A stretch of 64,000 bases of DNA, taken from the NCBI RefSeq assembly GCF_037042905.1, contig NC_087251.1, positions 9,054,001-9,118,000 of the forward strand, read 5' to 3'. Below, in pieces: positions 1 to 12,645 of this stretch; positions within the stretch are counted from its first letter, which is position 1; each line of letters starts with the position of its first letter. A program made the translations under genes and the position numbers. The notes beneath the pieces were generated by a model. The model was given only the letters and a program-made list of their open reading frames with translations, made no database searches and was not told the DNA's origin. Source of the stretch: Lytechinus pictus. Lineage: Eukaryota.

Positions 1-40
1 TGTGGCGTAGTTGGTCATGTACATAGACATGAATACACAG
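1..40 (+). CDS. ADCY10: sAC exon (partial): CGVVGHVHRHEYT
   Basis: In-frame from base 1; donor GT at 41. Confidence 0.9.
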
Positions 41-505
41 GTATTATTTTTGCATGAAAATTGAAATATAATTTAGTTGATATGCCTTTTCATGTACTTT
101 TGTATGAAAATAATTTCCAGCTTGTAGTTTTGAATTTTCATCTTATCCTATCAAACTATATAATTGTAAATAGGTAATTCGTAAATGTATATACATACCG
201 TGGATATAGAGTAGATTTTCCGTAAGTTTATCATTTATGTAATCTATATGAATACGTTTTATTTTCTTTGTAATGCGGTCGGAACCTACTTGGTAAAGCT
301 AGCTTTAAGAAGGAAATACTAGCCTATTTTTTCTATATCATAAAGACATTATCTTTAAAAGTATTACCTAATCAGTTAAGGATATTTACCCAAATTATTT
401 AAAATCATAACTTATGGCTATTTAGTAATATAATGTAGACGTGCTAATCGAGGCTAATGATAGCTTCTCTTACGTAAGCAATGAACTTCTTTCACTACCC
501 TCCAG

Positions 506-689
506 TAATCGGACGTAAAGTGAACATGGCTGCACGATTAATGATGCACTACCCAAATAAGGTGTCATGTGACTCAGAAACATTCCATCATTGTAAACAA
601 CCTCGTGCTTTCTTCCATGAGCTTCCTCTTCGAGAGATGAAGGGTGTCAGTGATGCAGGTGTCATTCATGAGTACATCGAAGGCGATGA
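506..689 (+). CDS. ADCY10: sAC exon: VIGRKVNMAARLMMHYPNKVSCD... (end of C2 catalytic domain)
   Basis: ccag acceptor, gtaagg donor; NxAAR motif. Confidence 0.93.
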
Positions 690-1035
690 GTAAGGCATCA
701 GTAGTACTCACAATTCATTCAATTCTTATTTCATTTATTTCTTTTTTTTGCCTGTCAATATTAAGCAAATTGAGATATCTCATATTCTTTTATCAACATT
801 TCATAAGAACAGCATACTCGATAAAATTAAACAGAGAACTGACACATTAAAAAGATGCAATTTTATTTCGATGACGCAATCACCGTATGTAGGCTTACAC
901 GTACATGTAAGAATTCAGGCGCAATATTCTGGCTTTTTGAGATAATTCCTCGTATCTTGTAATTTATCGAACAAGCAGTTATGCAAGTAAATTCCATCTG
1001 AATGAAACATTTCATTCAATATGTTGATATTTCAG

Positions 1036-1097
1036 GCGCCGTGTCTCAACTGGTTTCAATGCCGTGTCAATACCAGAATACGAGTATCCTCTGCTCG
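1036..1097 (+). CDS. ADCY10: sAC exon: RRVSTGFNAVSIPEYEYPLLG
   Basis: ttcag acceptor, gtaagt donor; YPLLG motif; phase consistent. Confidence 0.88.
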
Positions 1098-1119
1098 GTA
1101 AGTGACCAGAAATGATATA

Positions 1120-1893
1120 CAGTGCGTCCCACAAAAACAAAACCGAGATTTAGCGATGATTTATCATAACTTAATCATAAATACAATAGACAAATGACCT
1201 ACCAATGTAAAGCTTAGAATCTCTTCTTTCATCTGAAATTATTTAGATTATTCCTCATTCACGTATGAGTGAGCAAAAACAATTTGAAGAAAGAATACCA
1301 AAAACTCATTTGGCGGGGGTATCTGAATTTCAAAAAGAAAATCACATGCATAGAAAGTTCAATATCTGCTCTTTTATTTGATACTTTAATCACAAAAATG
1401 GTCAAGAAGTAAAAAAGTTCTGTTCCCTCGAAACAATGCTTGTAATTCCATAATTTTGTTTTCACCGGCTTCCCACAAAAGCTACCGCACGGTTAACAAA
1501 AGACTTAATGCATGGCTGATCGTTAACAAAACGGAGTGTCGAGTTCTGGACGTTAGCCTGTAAAACCCCTTCATTTTATGAAATTATTGAAATTCAAGCC
1601 TTTTTTCAAATAACCAGAACTTTGTTATTTCTTAACAATTTTCTGTAATTGAGGTATCAAATTAAAGAGCACATTTTAAAAATATGGTTTTCTTTTTGAA
1701 ACCCAGAAACAGCCCGCCAAGTGTCTTTTTGGTATATCCTCTTTTCAAATTGTTTTTGCTCAGTCATGCCTGAATGAGAAATAATCTAAGTAATTTTAGA
1801 TGAAAGAGGAGATTCTGGTAGGTCATTTATCTATTGTATTTGTGATTAAGTTATGATAAATCTCGGTTCGTTTTTTTTTTGCGGGACGCACTG
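1120..1893. mobile_element. Tc1/mariner-like foldback MITE, copy 1
   Basis: TA|CAGTGCGTCCC...GGGACGCACTG|TA; long imperfect inverted arms; homologous to 22770-23586. Confidence 0.85.
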
Positions 1894-2489
1894 TATATCT
1901 TAAAGCATCACCCGGGTATCCCCCTTATTATTATACAAATAATGCACGTAAGCGCGTACATGCAGGGCAAATAATGAACGATGTGCGAGAAGTGCCAATG
2001 GATATACCACACCGAGGTCCGCGGGACCGGGTGGATGCGGTATATCCATTTGGCGAGTCGAGCACAGAGTTCATTATTTAGGTCCTCTATCCGGGTCCTC
2101 TATGCACAAGAATGCGTGTATTGTTTGTTTTATACAACCACCCCCCCCCCCTCACCCATGTAACTGAGTTGCCCCGAATGCTAAATTTGATCTAAATTCT
2201 AGATAATTCTAGATAATTCTAGAATTCGCAGTAATGATGATCCTGCACTCTGGCGTCAGAGTGCAGGATAGTGCTTCTGGTATGAGGTCAGAGTGCAGGA
2301 TAGTGCATTTTGGATGCAATAGTGCAATTCGCTGAATAACATGTGATCGGATTTGGACCAATCAGATTACAGAACATTCTTGGGAGTTGCATAAAATATT
2401 CTGATTCATCTATTCATTTATGTGTGGGTTGGATCTATTTGCTGGGCCTGTATGATATTCCCTACTGCTTATCAGATGTTAAGGTTTAA

Positions 2490-2970
<481 letters not shown>

Positions 2971-3011
2971 CCAACATGAACGATATCAGCTGTATTTTTG
3001 ATCCATTTTAG

Positions 3012-3177
3012 GTCGAGATAAAGAGATGGCCGTCTTTATGCGTGAGCTTGATCTTCTTCACCAGCAGAGAAAACGGGGCGATCATCGGCGGATCATTGTC
3101 TTCCAAGGTGACCCTGGAATCGGCAAGAGTCGTATGATGGATGCAGCTATCACGGCAGCTATCAAAGATGATTACAC
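3012..3177 (+). CDS. ADCY10: sAC exon with P-loop (IIVFQGDPGIGKSR)
   Basis: tttag acceptor, gtaaaa donor; Walker A. Confidence 0.92.
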
Positions 3178-3895
3178 GTAAAATATAGTTAACCTAGCTT
3201 TGTTGTCGTATGCTTATCATTAGTGTATGCATGTTAGATAGTTATCTAAGGTAGATGATAAACTATACATTTACGGATATCCTTTGACGAAACGTTTAGT
3301 CCGTTTATGAAGTAGAGATTGGCATCTTTTATGGTTTAGTTCATTCCCATAACACATAATTTCACCACTAGACATCTCAAATTCACTCAATTCAAAACTT
3401 TAATCAATTATGCAAGGATGTCATACGTGTACTTCATTCCAATGTTTAATTCATTTATTAATTTCAGTGTTATGTTATTCATGAAGCATTAAAATTGTCT
3501 TTCTTATAAGTCCTGGGGCCCGTTGCAGAAAGAGTTGCAATCAAATGCAACTCTAAAAATCACGCGCAATATTATTTTCAACCAATCAACAGATGGAAAA
3601 TAAGACGATCACTTTTGCGACTGTAGACCATCTCAGAAATTGGCCTTAAAATATTTTCTTCGTTACCATTATCGTCTGGTATCATAAACGTCGTCATCAT
3701 CATTGTTATAATCATATTTTATTTTCCCGTTAATACTATAGTCCAGTCATAATTTATCTAAATATAAATCAATTATTGCGCACATGCATTTATTATGTAT
3801 AATCATAAATCAATTGAATACGCGAGTGTAACTCATTATCTTCCAATAATTCTCATCACACAAACTACCTTATGATCTTTCTTTGTTATTGCCAG

Positions 3896-4088
3896 TGTTG
3901 TGCCACTAGCACTGACCTTGAATGATTCTGGTACTCCATACTACGTGGTCAAGCTCCTTATCGCCATCCTACTCGAGATGGAAGATTGTGCTAGTCATGT
4001 TGAAAGGGAGCACTCTGTCATTCAACATGTCAAAGAAGAGAAACTACGTGAGGATCTTTGTCTACTCAACGATCTCTTAGTTCTCAAG
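3896..4088 (+). CDS. ADCY10: sAC exon: VVPLALTLNDSGTPYY...LCLLNDLLVLK
   Basis: gccag acceptor, gtgaac donor; phase consistent. Confidence 0.88.
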
Positions 4089-4447
4089 GTGAACTTTCAT
4101 AAACATACATTGTACTATCTCTGAATATAACCTTTAATATCCATATTTATATTATAAATTTCATATATATTTAACCATAATTTCTGTAGCGGAGATAAGT
4201 TTGGGGAAAGAAACCACATTAATGCGCAAACCTATGTGTACATAGTTTGAAGTTAGACTGTAAGCTGAAAAAAAATTTGGTTATCGGTTATTTCACTCTG
4301 TCAAAATATTTCATGAATAAAGCCTTCATAAAAATAATTAAAATTGCTGCGTAATACAACATATTTCTTTTACACGTAAAAAGTGTTTCCTCAGTGCATT
4401 TTTTTTTTCATTTAAGGCTTTTGTTTTTATCTCATTTCATCCGGCAG

Positions 4448-4534
4448 TTCCCTACAAACCCACGATGCCTTCACATGACCAGTGAGCAACAGACAAAGGC
4501 ATTGCACAGACTATTAGTACAGATCGTCAATCAG
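4448..4534 (+). CDS. ADCY10: sAC exon: FPTNPRCLHM...QIVNQ
   Basis: ggcag acceptor, gttagt donor. Confidence 0.87.
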
Positions 4535-4767
4535 GTTAGTCAGATCATCAAAAAAGATATCACTTATAATGCGAACAGATGAAGAGAGCCTAAACTTTCA
4601 TTAAACCGAAGAATACACAATTGTGTTAATTGACCCTCAAAACATGTCTATAAGCAAACTGAGTACACTTCGCACAGTAGTCACATTTAATACTTCATAA
4701 TTTTTGCTGAGTTTATTCATTAATTTGAATGTACTTCGATAATTCGATTATGCCTTTCTTGTTGCAG

Positions 4768-5048
4768 TCTACCTCCGATCAGTCTGTCATATTCGCTATT
4801 GATGATGCGCATTATATCGACAACGAGTCCTGGGACTTCCTGTCTCACCTTGCCTCTAGCAACTCATCAGCAACTCTCTTACTCACCATGCGTCCTTTCT
4901 CAGATGTTCAGCTCTGTCCTACAGCTATGGCTATCCTTAATGATCAGAAGTGCTATCATATCAAGTTAGGACCGCTGAGTAAGAACTGTATGGCTGCCTT
5001 GGCTTGTCAACTCATGGATGTTGTCCAAGTGCCAGAAGAACTCGTCAA
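4768..5048 (+). CDS. ADCY10: sAC exon with Walker B-like VIFAIDDAHYIDNESW
   Basis: ttgcag acceptor, gtaatt donor. Confidence 0.92.
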
Positions 5049-5331
5049 GTAATTCTCTTTCCTTTCGTCGTAATATTTTGGTTTAATTAGTTGAGTGTAT
5101 GTTTGCAGATATTTGTTATTTTACTGACTTGAAAAAAAAATTGATGAAATATTTCTCTTTTACGAAACGCTTCCTTACAGTTGTATGGTTCTTCTTGTTT
5201 ATAAATTCAATAACTAAATTCAAATACTAAGCATCACATTGAGGACCATGATATGCAGAACGCGGGAATGTATCACACTCACAGTATTACACTCAAATCC
5301 GGCGTGTTCTCTGACTTTTCAAATTTATCAG

Positions 5332-5557
5332 GATTCTTCAAGAGAAGAGTCACGGCATTGCTTCATGGTGTGAGCAGCTTATCCGTGAGATGTTCTCGAG
5401 TGACAAACTTCAGTTAGTACCTCGCCGCAGTCCTGAAGCTAATAAACTGGTCGGTCAGATCATGCCTGATCACTCTGTACTCCAGAAACGAAGAGAGAGT
5501 AGTAGCAGCAGCTATTCAGGAAGGCTTCCTAGAAGTCGAAGAGCAAGCGTCGATGAG
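5332..5557 (+). CDS. ADCY10: sAC exon: ILQEKSHGIASWCEQLIREM...RRASVDE
   Basis: atcag acceptor, gtaaac donor; STAND GxP-region equivalent (SHGIA). Confidence 0.88.
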
Positions 5558-5943
5558 GTAAACGTCGTTTCATTCTTGAAAAGCAAAATCACCCAAATGC
5601 CAAGATTGATTTGCATAGGCAAATAATTAATTTATTGAACATATTACAATAATGGTACATTATTTGTCTTTCAGAATACATTTTCTAAATCAGTTAGAGA
5701 AGAGTTGAAAAGAGATATGCATTTATCATATTAATCGCAGTTAAGTTGTCAATTATTAGCGGAGTTATTTATTGTCATACATACCATAATGATGAAAATA
5801 CAAGAAGGGATTAGAACCATGATAATAATACATGTTCAAGAAAGGCTTTAGAAGAATGGGACCATACCATCGCGCATCTACGAGTTATTGTATCTGTTTA
5901 TGACTACTCATATTTTCACGGAATGTTTTTATTTTTCATCCAG

Positions 5944-6103
5944 CCTGGACCCGTTGTTCAGCTTCCAGCCGAGAATATGAGGAGACTTCAACAGTTAGAT
6001 CAGGGTATAGAGGAAGATCAAGGAGAGGCAGATACCAGTGTGGTGTGTATTGTCGCACCCGGTGTACAACTACAAGACCTTGAAATACCAGTCTCAATGA
6101 AAG
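5944..6103 (+). CDS. ADCY10: sAC exon: PGPVVQLP...LEIPVSMKG
   Basis: tccag acceptor, gttagt donor. Confidence 0.87.
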
Positions 6104-6597
6104 GTTAGTACGTTCATGGAATTCTGCCTTAAACTAAAACCAAAATGTGATTTATTTGCCTTTGTTGTTTAAATATACTTGTTGATTCTAACAGATTTTC
6201 TTTAAAAGATTTTATATCTATAGAATAGTATTGATTAATAATTCATGACACTTTTTACTTCAAGAAAGAAATACTATTAAGTGGGCCTATTGGGTATTGT
6301 ATCCGCCTCGCTCTCTTTCTCTTAAGTCTGTCTTGAAGTAAGATACAGTTAGAAGGTCTCGCCTCAATATTGCGTCTCCTTGTATATCAGGGAAAGTGTA
6401 TTAATAATAAAAACTGTCAGCGATCCGGGGGGCACAGTGCCCCCACTTTTTGAAGCCCTGAATAGTGCCCTTTTTTACGCAAGAAAAATGCCCATTACGA
6501 ACGTGTACTTTGCCCCTTTCACCCGAGAAGGACCCGTTTTATTTGTGAGCAAGTGCCCTTTGCCTTCTTGTAAGTGCCTTTTTCGAATCAGTGCCCT

Positions 6598-6850
6598 TTT
6601 TACCCAAGAAAAGTGCCCTTCACGAACGTGATCTGTACCCCTTTCACCTGAGAACGACCCCTTTTATGTCTTAACAAGTGCCCCTTTGAAACACGAAAAC
6701 GATATTCTCAATTTTGCCTTCTTGTAAGTGCCCTTTTTTACCCAAGAAAAGTGCCCTTCACGAACGTGTTCTGTACCCCTTTCACCTGAGAACGACCCCT
6801 TTTATGTCTTAACAAGTGCCCCTTTGAAACACGAAAACGATATTCTCATT
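6598..6850. repeat. 138-bp tandem duplication inside an AAGTGCCC-rich element
   Basis: tacccaagaaaagtgcccttcacgaacgtg at 6601 and 6739. Confidence 0.85.
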
Positions 6851-6852
6851 TT

Positions 6853-7714
6853 TGTCTCACCTGCATAGCAGAGTGAGACTATAGGCGCCGCTTTTCCGAC
6901 GGCGACGGCGGCGGCGTCGTCAACACCAAATCTTAACCAAAGGTTAAGTTTTTGAAATGACAGCATAACTTAGAAAGTGTATGGACCAAGTTCATGAAAC
7001 TTGACCATAGGGTTAATCAAGTATTACTGAACATCCTGCTTGAGTTTCAGGTCACATGATCAAGGTCAAAAGTCATTTAGGGTCAATAAACTTAGCCCAT
7101 GTTGGGGAATCAACATCAAAATCTTAACCTAAGGTTAAGTTTTTGAAATGTCATCATAACTTAGAAAATATATAGACCTAGTTCATGAAACTTGAACGTA
7201 AGGTTGATTAGGTATTACTGAACATCCTGCTTGAGTTTCACGTCACATGACCAAGGTCAAAGGTCATTTAGGGTCAATGAACTTTGGTCAAATTGGGGGT
7301 ATTTGTTGAATTGCCATCATAACTTTGAAAGTTTATTGGTCTTGTTCATAAAACTTGGACATAAGAGTAATCAAGTATCACTGAACATCCTGTGCGAATT
7401 TCAGGTCACATGACCAAGGTCAAAGGTCAATGAACTTTGGCCATAATGGGGGTATCTGTTGAATTATCATCATAACTCTGTAAGTATATTGGTCTAGTTC
7501 AAAACTTGGACATAAGAGTCATCAAGTATCACTGAACATCTCATGTGAGTTTCAGGTCACATGACCAAGATCAAAGGTCATTTAGTGTAGTATTGTATCA
7601 TTATATGAATGGTATTTTTTGTGAATAATTATGTTATAGTAGTTTTCAAAGTCAGCACTGCTGCCATATTGACTCGCGTGATGCAGGTGAGACCACCAGA
7701 GGCATTCCACTTGT
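6853..7714 (+). mobile_element. HINE/DINE-1-like non-autonomous Helentron, family 1, copy 1
   Basis: T-rich target; 5' GTCTCACCTGC with hairpin partner GTGAGAC; (GGC) microsatellite; about 160-190 bp internal tandem units; 3' subTIR GCAGGTGAGAC; ends CACTTGT. Confidence 0.8.
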
Positions 7715-8364
7715 TGTCTAGCCCACCAGAGGTGAAGGCGAGACTTGGGGATCCAAATGTCGACTATGTCGTCCGTCCGTCACAAACATTATGACACATA
7801 ACTCCGCAATCGTAAGTCACTTTTCAACCAAACTTGGATGGTATATGTACTTAGGGGACCTGCATGTTATGCTGCACTCAGAGGTCACATGTTAAAGGTC
7901 AAAGGTCATTTTCAGTTCAAAGTTAAGGTTTACGCGCAAGACTCTCTTATGACACATAACTCCGCAACTGTACGCCACTTTTCACCCGAACTTGGGTTGT
8001 AGGTACTGAGGAGACTCGCATGTCATGGCGCAATCAGAGGTTACATGGTAAGGTCAAAGGTCATTTTGAGGACAATGTTATGACACATAACTCTGCAACC
8101 GTAAGTCACTTTTAAACCAAACTTGGGTTCCTGGTGTACTTAGGAGACCTGCATCTTATTGTGTTTGGAGGTCACATGGTAAGGTCAAAGTTCATTTTGA
8201 GGTCAACATTAAAGTTTACATGCAAGACTCATATGACAAATGTTATTCCATCCCAGTTATTTCACAATGAAGTTTTGATACAATTCTGTTGCGTGCCCTC
8301 GCAAATCACGATATTTCTGGTTACTTTCATAAGTGGGCGAGACACAAAATCGTTTATGCCTTGT
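7715..8364 (+). mobile_element. HINE-like element, family 2, directly abutting copy 1
   Basis: 5' GTCTAGCCCAC and 3' GTGGGCGAGAC subTIRs; (CGTC)n; internal tandem units; ends CCTTGT. Confidence 0.72.
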
Positions 8365-9002
8365 TAGATGTTACTACTTTTGAAGAAAAAAACTTGTAAG
8401 AATAATCCTACGTGCCTTAAGATTCATGAGTCATGTGAGTGGGGTGGATAAGCAGTGGCGTATAGATGGGAGGGGGGCTTGGGCGCTCTTGCCCCCCCCC
8501 CCCCCCCATTCTTCACTACTAAGGGAAAAAAGAGAAATGGAAAGAGAGAAGGGTAAAATATATTATTTTCTGAATATTATGTCCAAATCTATCACAAAAT
8601 TGGATTTTCATATCTTAAATGTCTAAATTTTTGCTCGCTGGCTTCGCTCACTCGTAGCTTCTTTCAAATTTTATGTGATACTACATATCTAGCCCCTTCA
8701 ACATTTTTGGCTCATTAGTCATTACACCACTGTAGATTTTTTTCCCTTGTTTTAAAATAGTGCCCTTTTCGAAAGAAAGGTGCCATTTTTCCCCTGTGCC
8801 CCCCCCCCCACTTTCAACTTCGCTCCGCCGCCCCTGTAATGAAAACTGTAATAAATTGAGATAAGTAAAAATACGAACTATATATCTTGTCATTTTGCCT
8901 TATCCTCAAGGGGGCGACTTCGGACGCAATTCTAGAAATACATTTTCCCTTAATGCTCCCCCCCGAACAATTTTTGGATGAAAATTATGAGACAGGGAGG
9001 TT

Positions 9003-9324
9003 TGTCTCACCTGCATAGCAGAGTGAGAGTGTATGCGCCGATTTTCCGACGGCGGCGGCGTCAACATCAAATCTTAACCGAAGGTTAAGTTTTCGAAATA
9101 TCATCATAACTTTCAAAGTTTATGGATATAGTTCATGAATTGTGGACATAGAGGTAATCAAGTAAAGTCACATGATCAAGGTTAAATGTCATTTAGGGTA
9201 GTAGTATTGTATCATTATATGAATGGTGTTTTTGTGAATAATTATTTTATAGTTTTCAAAGTCAGCACTGCTGCTATATTGAGTCGCGTAATGCAGGTGA
9301 GATTGCCTGAGGCGCTCCACTTGT
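9003..9324 (+). mobile_element. HINE family 1, short internally deleted copy
   Basis: Same 5' and 3' modules as 6853-7714. Confidence 0.8.
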
Positions 9325-9602
9325 TTAATGGAGAGAAGCATGTGTACCTTTTTATAAAAGGGTTGTTCAAAGCATTCTCGATACGATACGCAAAAAAGTT
9401 GAATATTCGTATTGAAAAAAAAAGGAACAGTTTATATTCAAATATTATCTTAAAATCCAAAATTGCATGTTGAGAATATAATACACATTGTTGGTTCTAT
9501 TGGGTACACCCACGATAACATCTACCCAAGTACCGTTTAAAAGTACATGAAAGTGGGAATTACCATGAACTCTTAAAAATGATTTTTTGATTCTTGAATC
9601 AG

Positions 9603-9855
9603 GTATCATCGTGTCTCGTATTGATCGCATGAAACCCACTCAGCAACTCATCGTCAAATGCGCCTCAGTACTCGGCATGACATTCTCTCGTCGGATGCTG
9701 GAAGCCATCTTACCTCATAACACCATATGGCGAAAGGCAATCCTACGTAAAGCTATCCATGCACTAATGTTGGCAGGAATCTTTGAGTGTGCTATGTACT
9801 TCCACGATACTCACCATACCTCAAAGATGAGAAGCATGCTATGTGCAGTGGTTTC
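9603..9855 (+). CDS. ADCY10: sAC exon: IIVSRIDRMKPTQQLIVKCASVLGMTFS...
   Basis: atcag acceptor, gtaagt donor; conserved RIDR...CASVLG..F motif. Confidence 0.92.
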
Positions 9856-10553
9856 GTAAGTATATAATAACTTACTTTTTCGTGCTAAATAATGAAAAAG
9901 ATTATTCACAATGCACTCTCATTTTTATATATTAATTTTTCCTTCTAGTTGCCCATCTTTCCTATTGTAAATTATTTGACCCATTATTCAATCAAGGACA
10001 ATAGAATAAGGGACATTACTCATCTATTTAATAATCGTGATCATGCAATAATCCTCAAACTGAGAGAAATGCCAAAGAAACGTAATTCGGGATGGGGCTA
10101 CCGCTTCTTTTGCAACTCTCGAATATGAGTTTCACCAAGACTGCCGTCGATGTATCAAAGATGGTGATAAAAGGATCTGATTGCAGACAGTGTCGTATGT
10201 GGTAAACCTCGTCAAGAGAGGCATTTTTTTCTGACAAACACAAAAAGATGAAAGGTCATCACAGATTTCTCAAGAATAAAATTTGTAAAATAAAAAATAA
10301 AAATCCGACGAAGCCCCCCCAAATAGTGATCGAAACGCGCCATCACTTTCAGAGGCATTTCTCGTATAAAATATTCAGAGAAGCAAAAAAAAAAATAATA
10401 ATAATGATAATAAAATAAAATGATATATTAAAAATGCTGATAAACTGAATATGTACTGAATCAAACTGTAATATATTAGTTTTTAACTAATGATGAAATA
10501 TAACCCTTGTTTCAATCGTTACTACATACATATCTTGGTGTTTGACCATAAAG

Positions 10554-10655
10554 GCATTCCCATGGGCATGGTCATCGCTTCAATACAAGAGTTGAATGTC
10601 ACTGTGATGGCTTTGCACCGGAACATAGTTCTCATCCTGAAATAACAAACTGCAG
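10554..10655 (+). CDS. ADCY10: sAC exon: HSHGHGHRFNTRVECHCDG...NCR
   Basis: aag acceptor, gtaagc donor; not in the ORF track but phase-neutral (102 nt), open, and carries the CxC motif expected here. Confidence 0.75.
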
Positions 10656-11143
10656 GTAAGCTTATTTGTGGGTCTTGAGTATATTAACAAGATTATCGCA
10701 CAGCTTGCAATTACATGGGCCGCGAACCTATTTGGAAATAGGATGTTACCGTTGATATAAACCGTAAAACTGATAAATATTGATTATCAATTTTAAACAG
10801 TCCATTGAAAACGAAGGTCTTATTCGTCATAGAGTAATGAAAATAATTTAAAATTTTAATCGCATTGACGTCAAGAAAATCATACCCGCGGCATGATTCG
10901 GCTACGAATCGAGTCGGGTTTTGCCTTTACTCCAACCTCCGATCTTGGTGAATTTAGAAGTAAATACTTATCTTAAGTAGATGTGGATATACTATTTTTT
11001 TGTTTTAAGGCTCAATGATTGGGAGAGTTAACTCACGCCAAAATTTAACATTCAAAGAAATAATGAAAGTGCAACATTTAACTGACTATATTTTTACCAG
11101 CTTTTTAATGAGCGCGACTGTATCGATCATATCAATCTTTCAG

Positions 11144-11442
11144 AAATTTGCGTTTCGTAAGTGCGCTCCTGCAGGAGACTCTGTACGAGATGCTCCTGCT
11201 CGACCAACGCAAGAAACTCCACCGTCTCTCTGCTCTCTTCCTGGAGTCTTTCGCACATCGATGTGACTCGTGTGGAGGTGGAGAATTCTTGGCTGGACAT
11301 CAGGAGACTGAGGAAGAGACTGAGCAAGAAGAAGGGGAAGGTGATGATAATAAGAGCGGAAAGGAATCATCAATTAACGGCGTGCCAAAAGATGAGCCCA
11401 CAGGCGGCGACAAAGGAGGGGCTACTTCAAAGATCAGTACTG
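11144..11442 (+). CDS. ADCY10: sAC exon: NLRFVSALLQETLYEMLLLDQRKKLH...HRCDSCGGGEF...
   Basis: ttcag acceptor, gtaatg donor. Confidence 0.92.
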
Positions 11443-11631
11443 GTAATGATTGCTATCATCTTTTCTAAATTCAAAGTGTTATTCAAATCCTCGTTGTTAT
11501 TCCTTGACAAAATATCTTTGAAGAAAGAAATGTACCTTGTCAGTATGCGGAAGCGTTTAGTCCTTTATAATAAACTATATCATAGTCATATAAACTCGAT
11601 CATAGGCCATGTAGCGGGATTATATTTGATT

Positions 11632-12201
11632 CTGGGGGGGGGGGGGGCACTAACATTGACGAGTAGATACCATGTGCGACCAAAAAAACACGTAAAAAGG
11701 ATGTCTTTTTCAAGATAGGGCACGTTACGTACGTAACGTAATAAGGGTGTAAAGAACACAAAAATAATGAAAAAGGGTATCTATTTTCGACAGGAAAGCT
11801 ACGTGTTTAGGGTCAAATTTGCTAGGGTATAAAAAAATCAAGACTAAAATGTTTTATAAAGGATGTACTTTTTGCCCCAAGAGTCAACACTACGTGTTTA
11901 GAGTACGATTTGCGCGAGTGGGGCTGTACTAAACCCAATGATGTAGGTAAAGGTAAAAACGACGACCGACGTCCGTGACATAACAATTGAAATATCGCTG
12001 TACTTGTTTAGGGGTTCAATTCAGGGAATACTTGCCAATAGTATCGTTTTGTTTCCAATACTTGGTAAGGGTAGGGTTCCACACGCCAATACTTGTTAAG
12101 GGGCGCATTTTCAGAATATGGAAAATACGTGTTTAGGGTGCTTTTTAAGATCTCATGTTCGCGCATGGTATCCACTCGTCAATGGAAGTGGCCCCCTGGG
12201 G
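11632..12201. mobile_element. Non-autonomous TIR element (G-run/CATTGACGAGTGGATACCA TIRs), uninterrupted copy
   Basis: TIRs; flanking ATTTGATT direct repeat (11624-11631, 12202-12209); inverted homolog at 43819-46664. Confidence 0.8.
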
Positions 12202-12359
12202 ATTTGATTGCATCTAAACTTAAAGTGGATATTTATACATGTATATAAGCACGCTTGACAAACCTCGTCTGGGGAGGGAAAACATTTCGACAAAAAAAAA
12301 AACAGATACTAAGATGCTTAGTGGGAACATCAAAAAGTGTATTTGTGTAACGTTCTCAG

Positions 12360-12645
12360 AAAATGAAACATCGAAGAAAACCGAGACGACAGCCTTGAAC
12401 GTCATCCAAGGGTTCCGAGGTCGAAACCAGTCAATGGTTCAACCCTTGTTAGAGAGCGAAGAGACAGAAAACAAAGATGGCGTTGATGATGAGAGGACAA
12501 CGCATCATGTCGAGGAGGGAGATGAAGATGATTTCTCAGATGATGATGATGATGATGATCAGGGACTAAACAAGTTCGGTACCGGACGCCGTAACACCAT
12601 CAGTCTCCGTAAGGGTTCGGTGGACAGTACTCTTAGCATTATAAG
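12360..12645 (+). CDS. ADCY10: sAC exon, acidic low-complexity insert (NETSKK...DDDDDDD...RRNTISLRKGS)
   Basis: ctcag acceptor, gtacag donor; phase consistent. Confidence 0.82.

Noticed and set aside
11161..11718. 185-aa ORF overlapping a sAC exon in another frame
   Set aside because: Shadow frame of a real exon running into intron and transposon sequence; no recognisable motifs.
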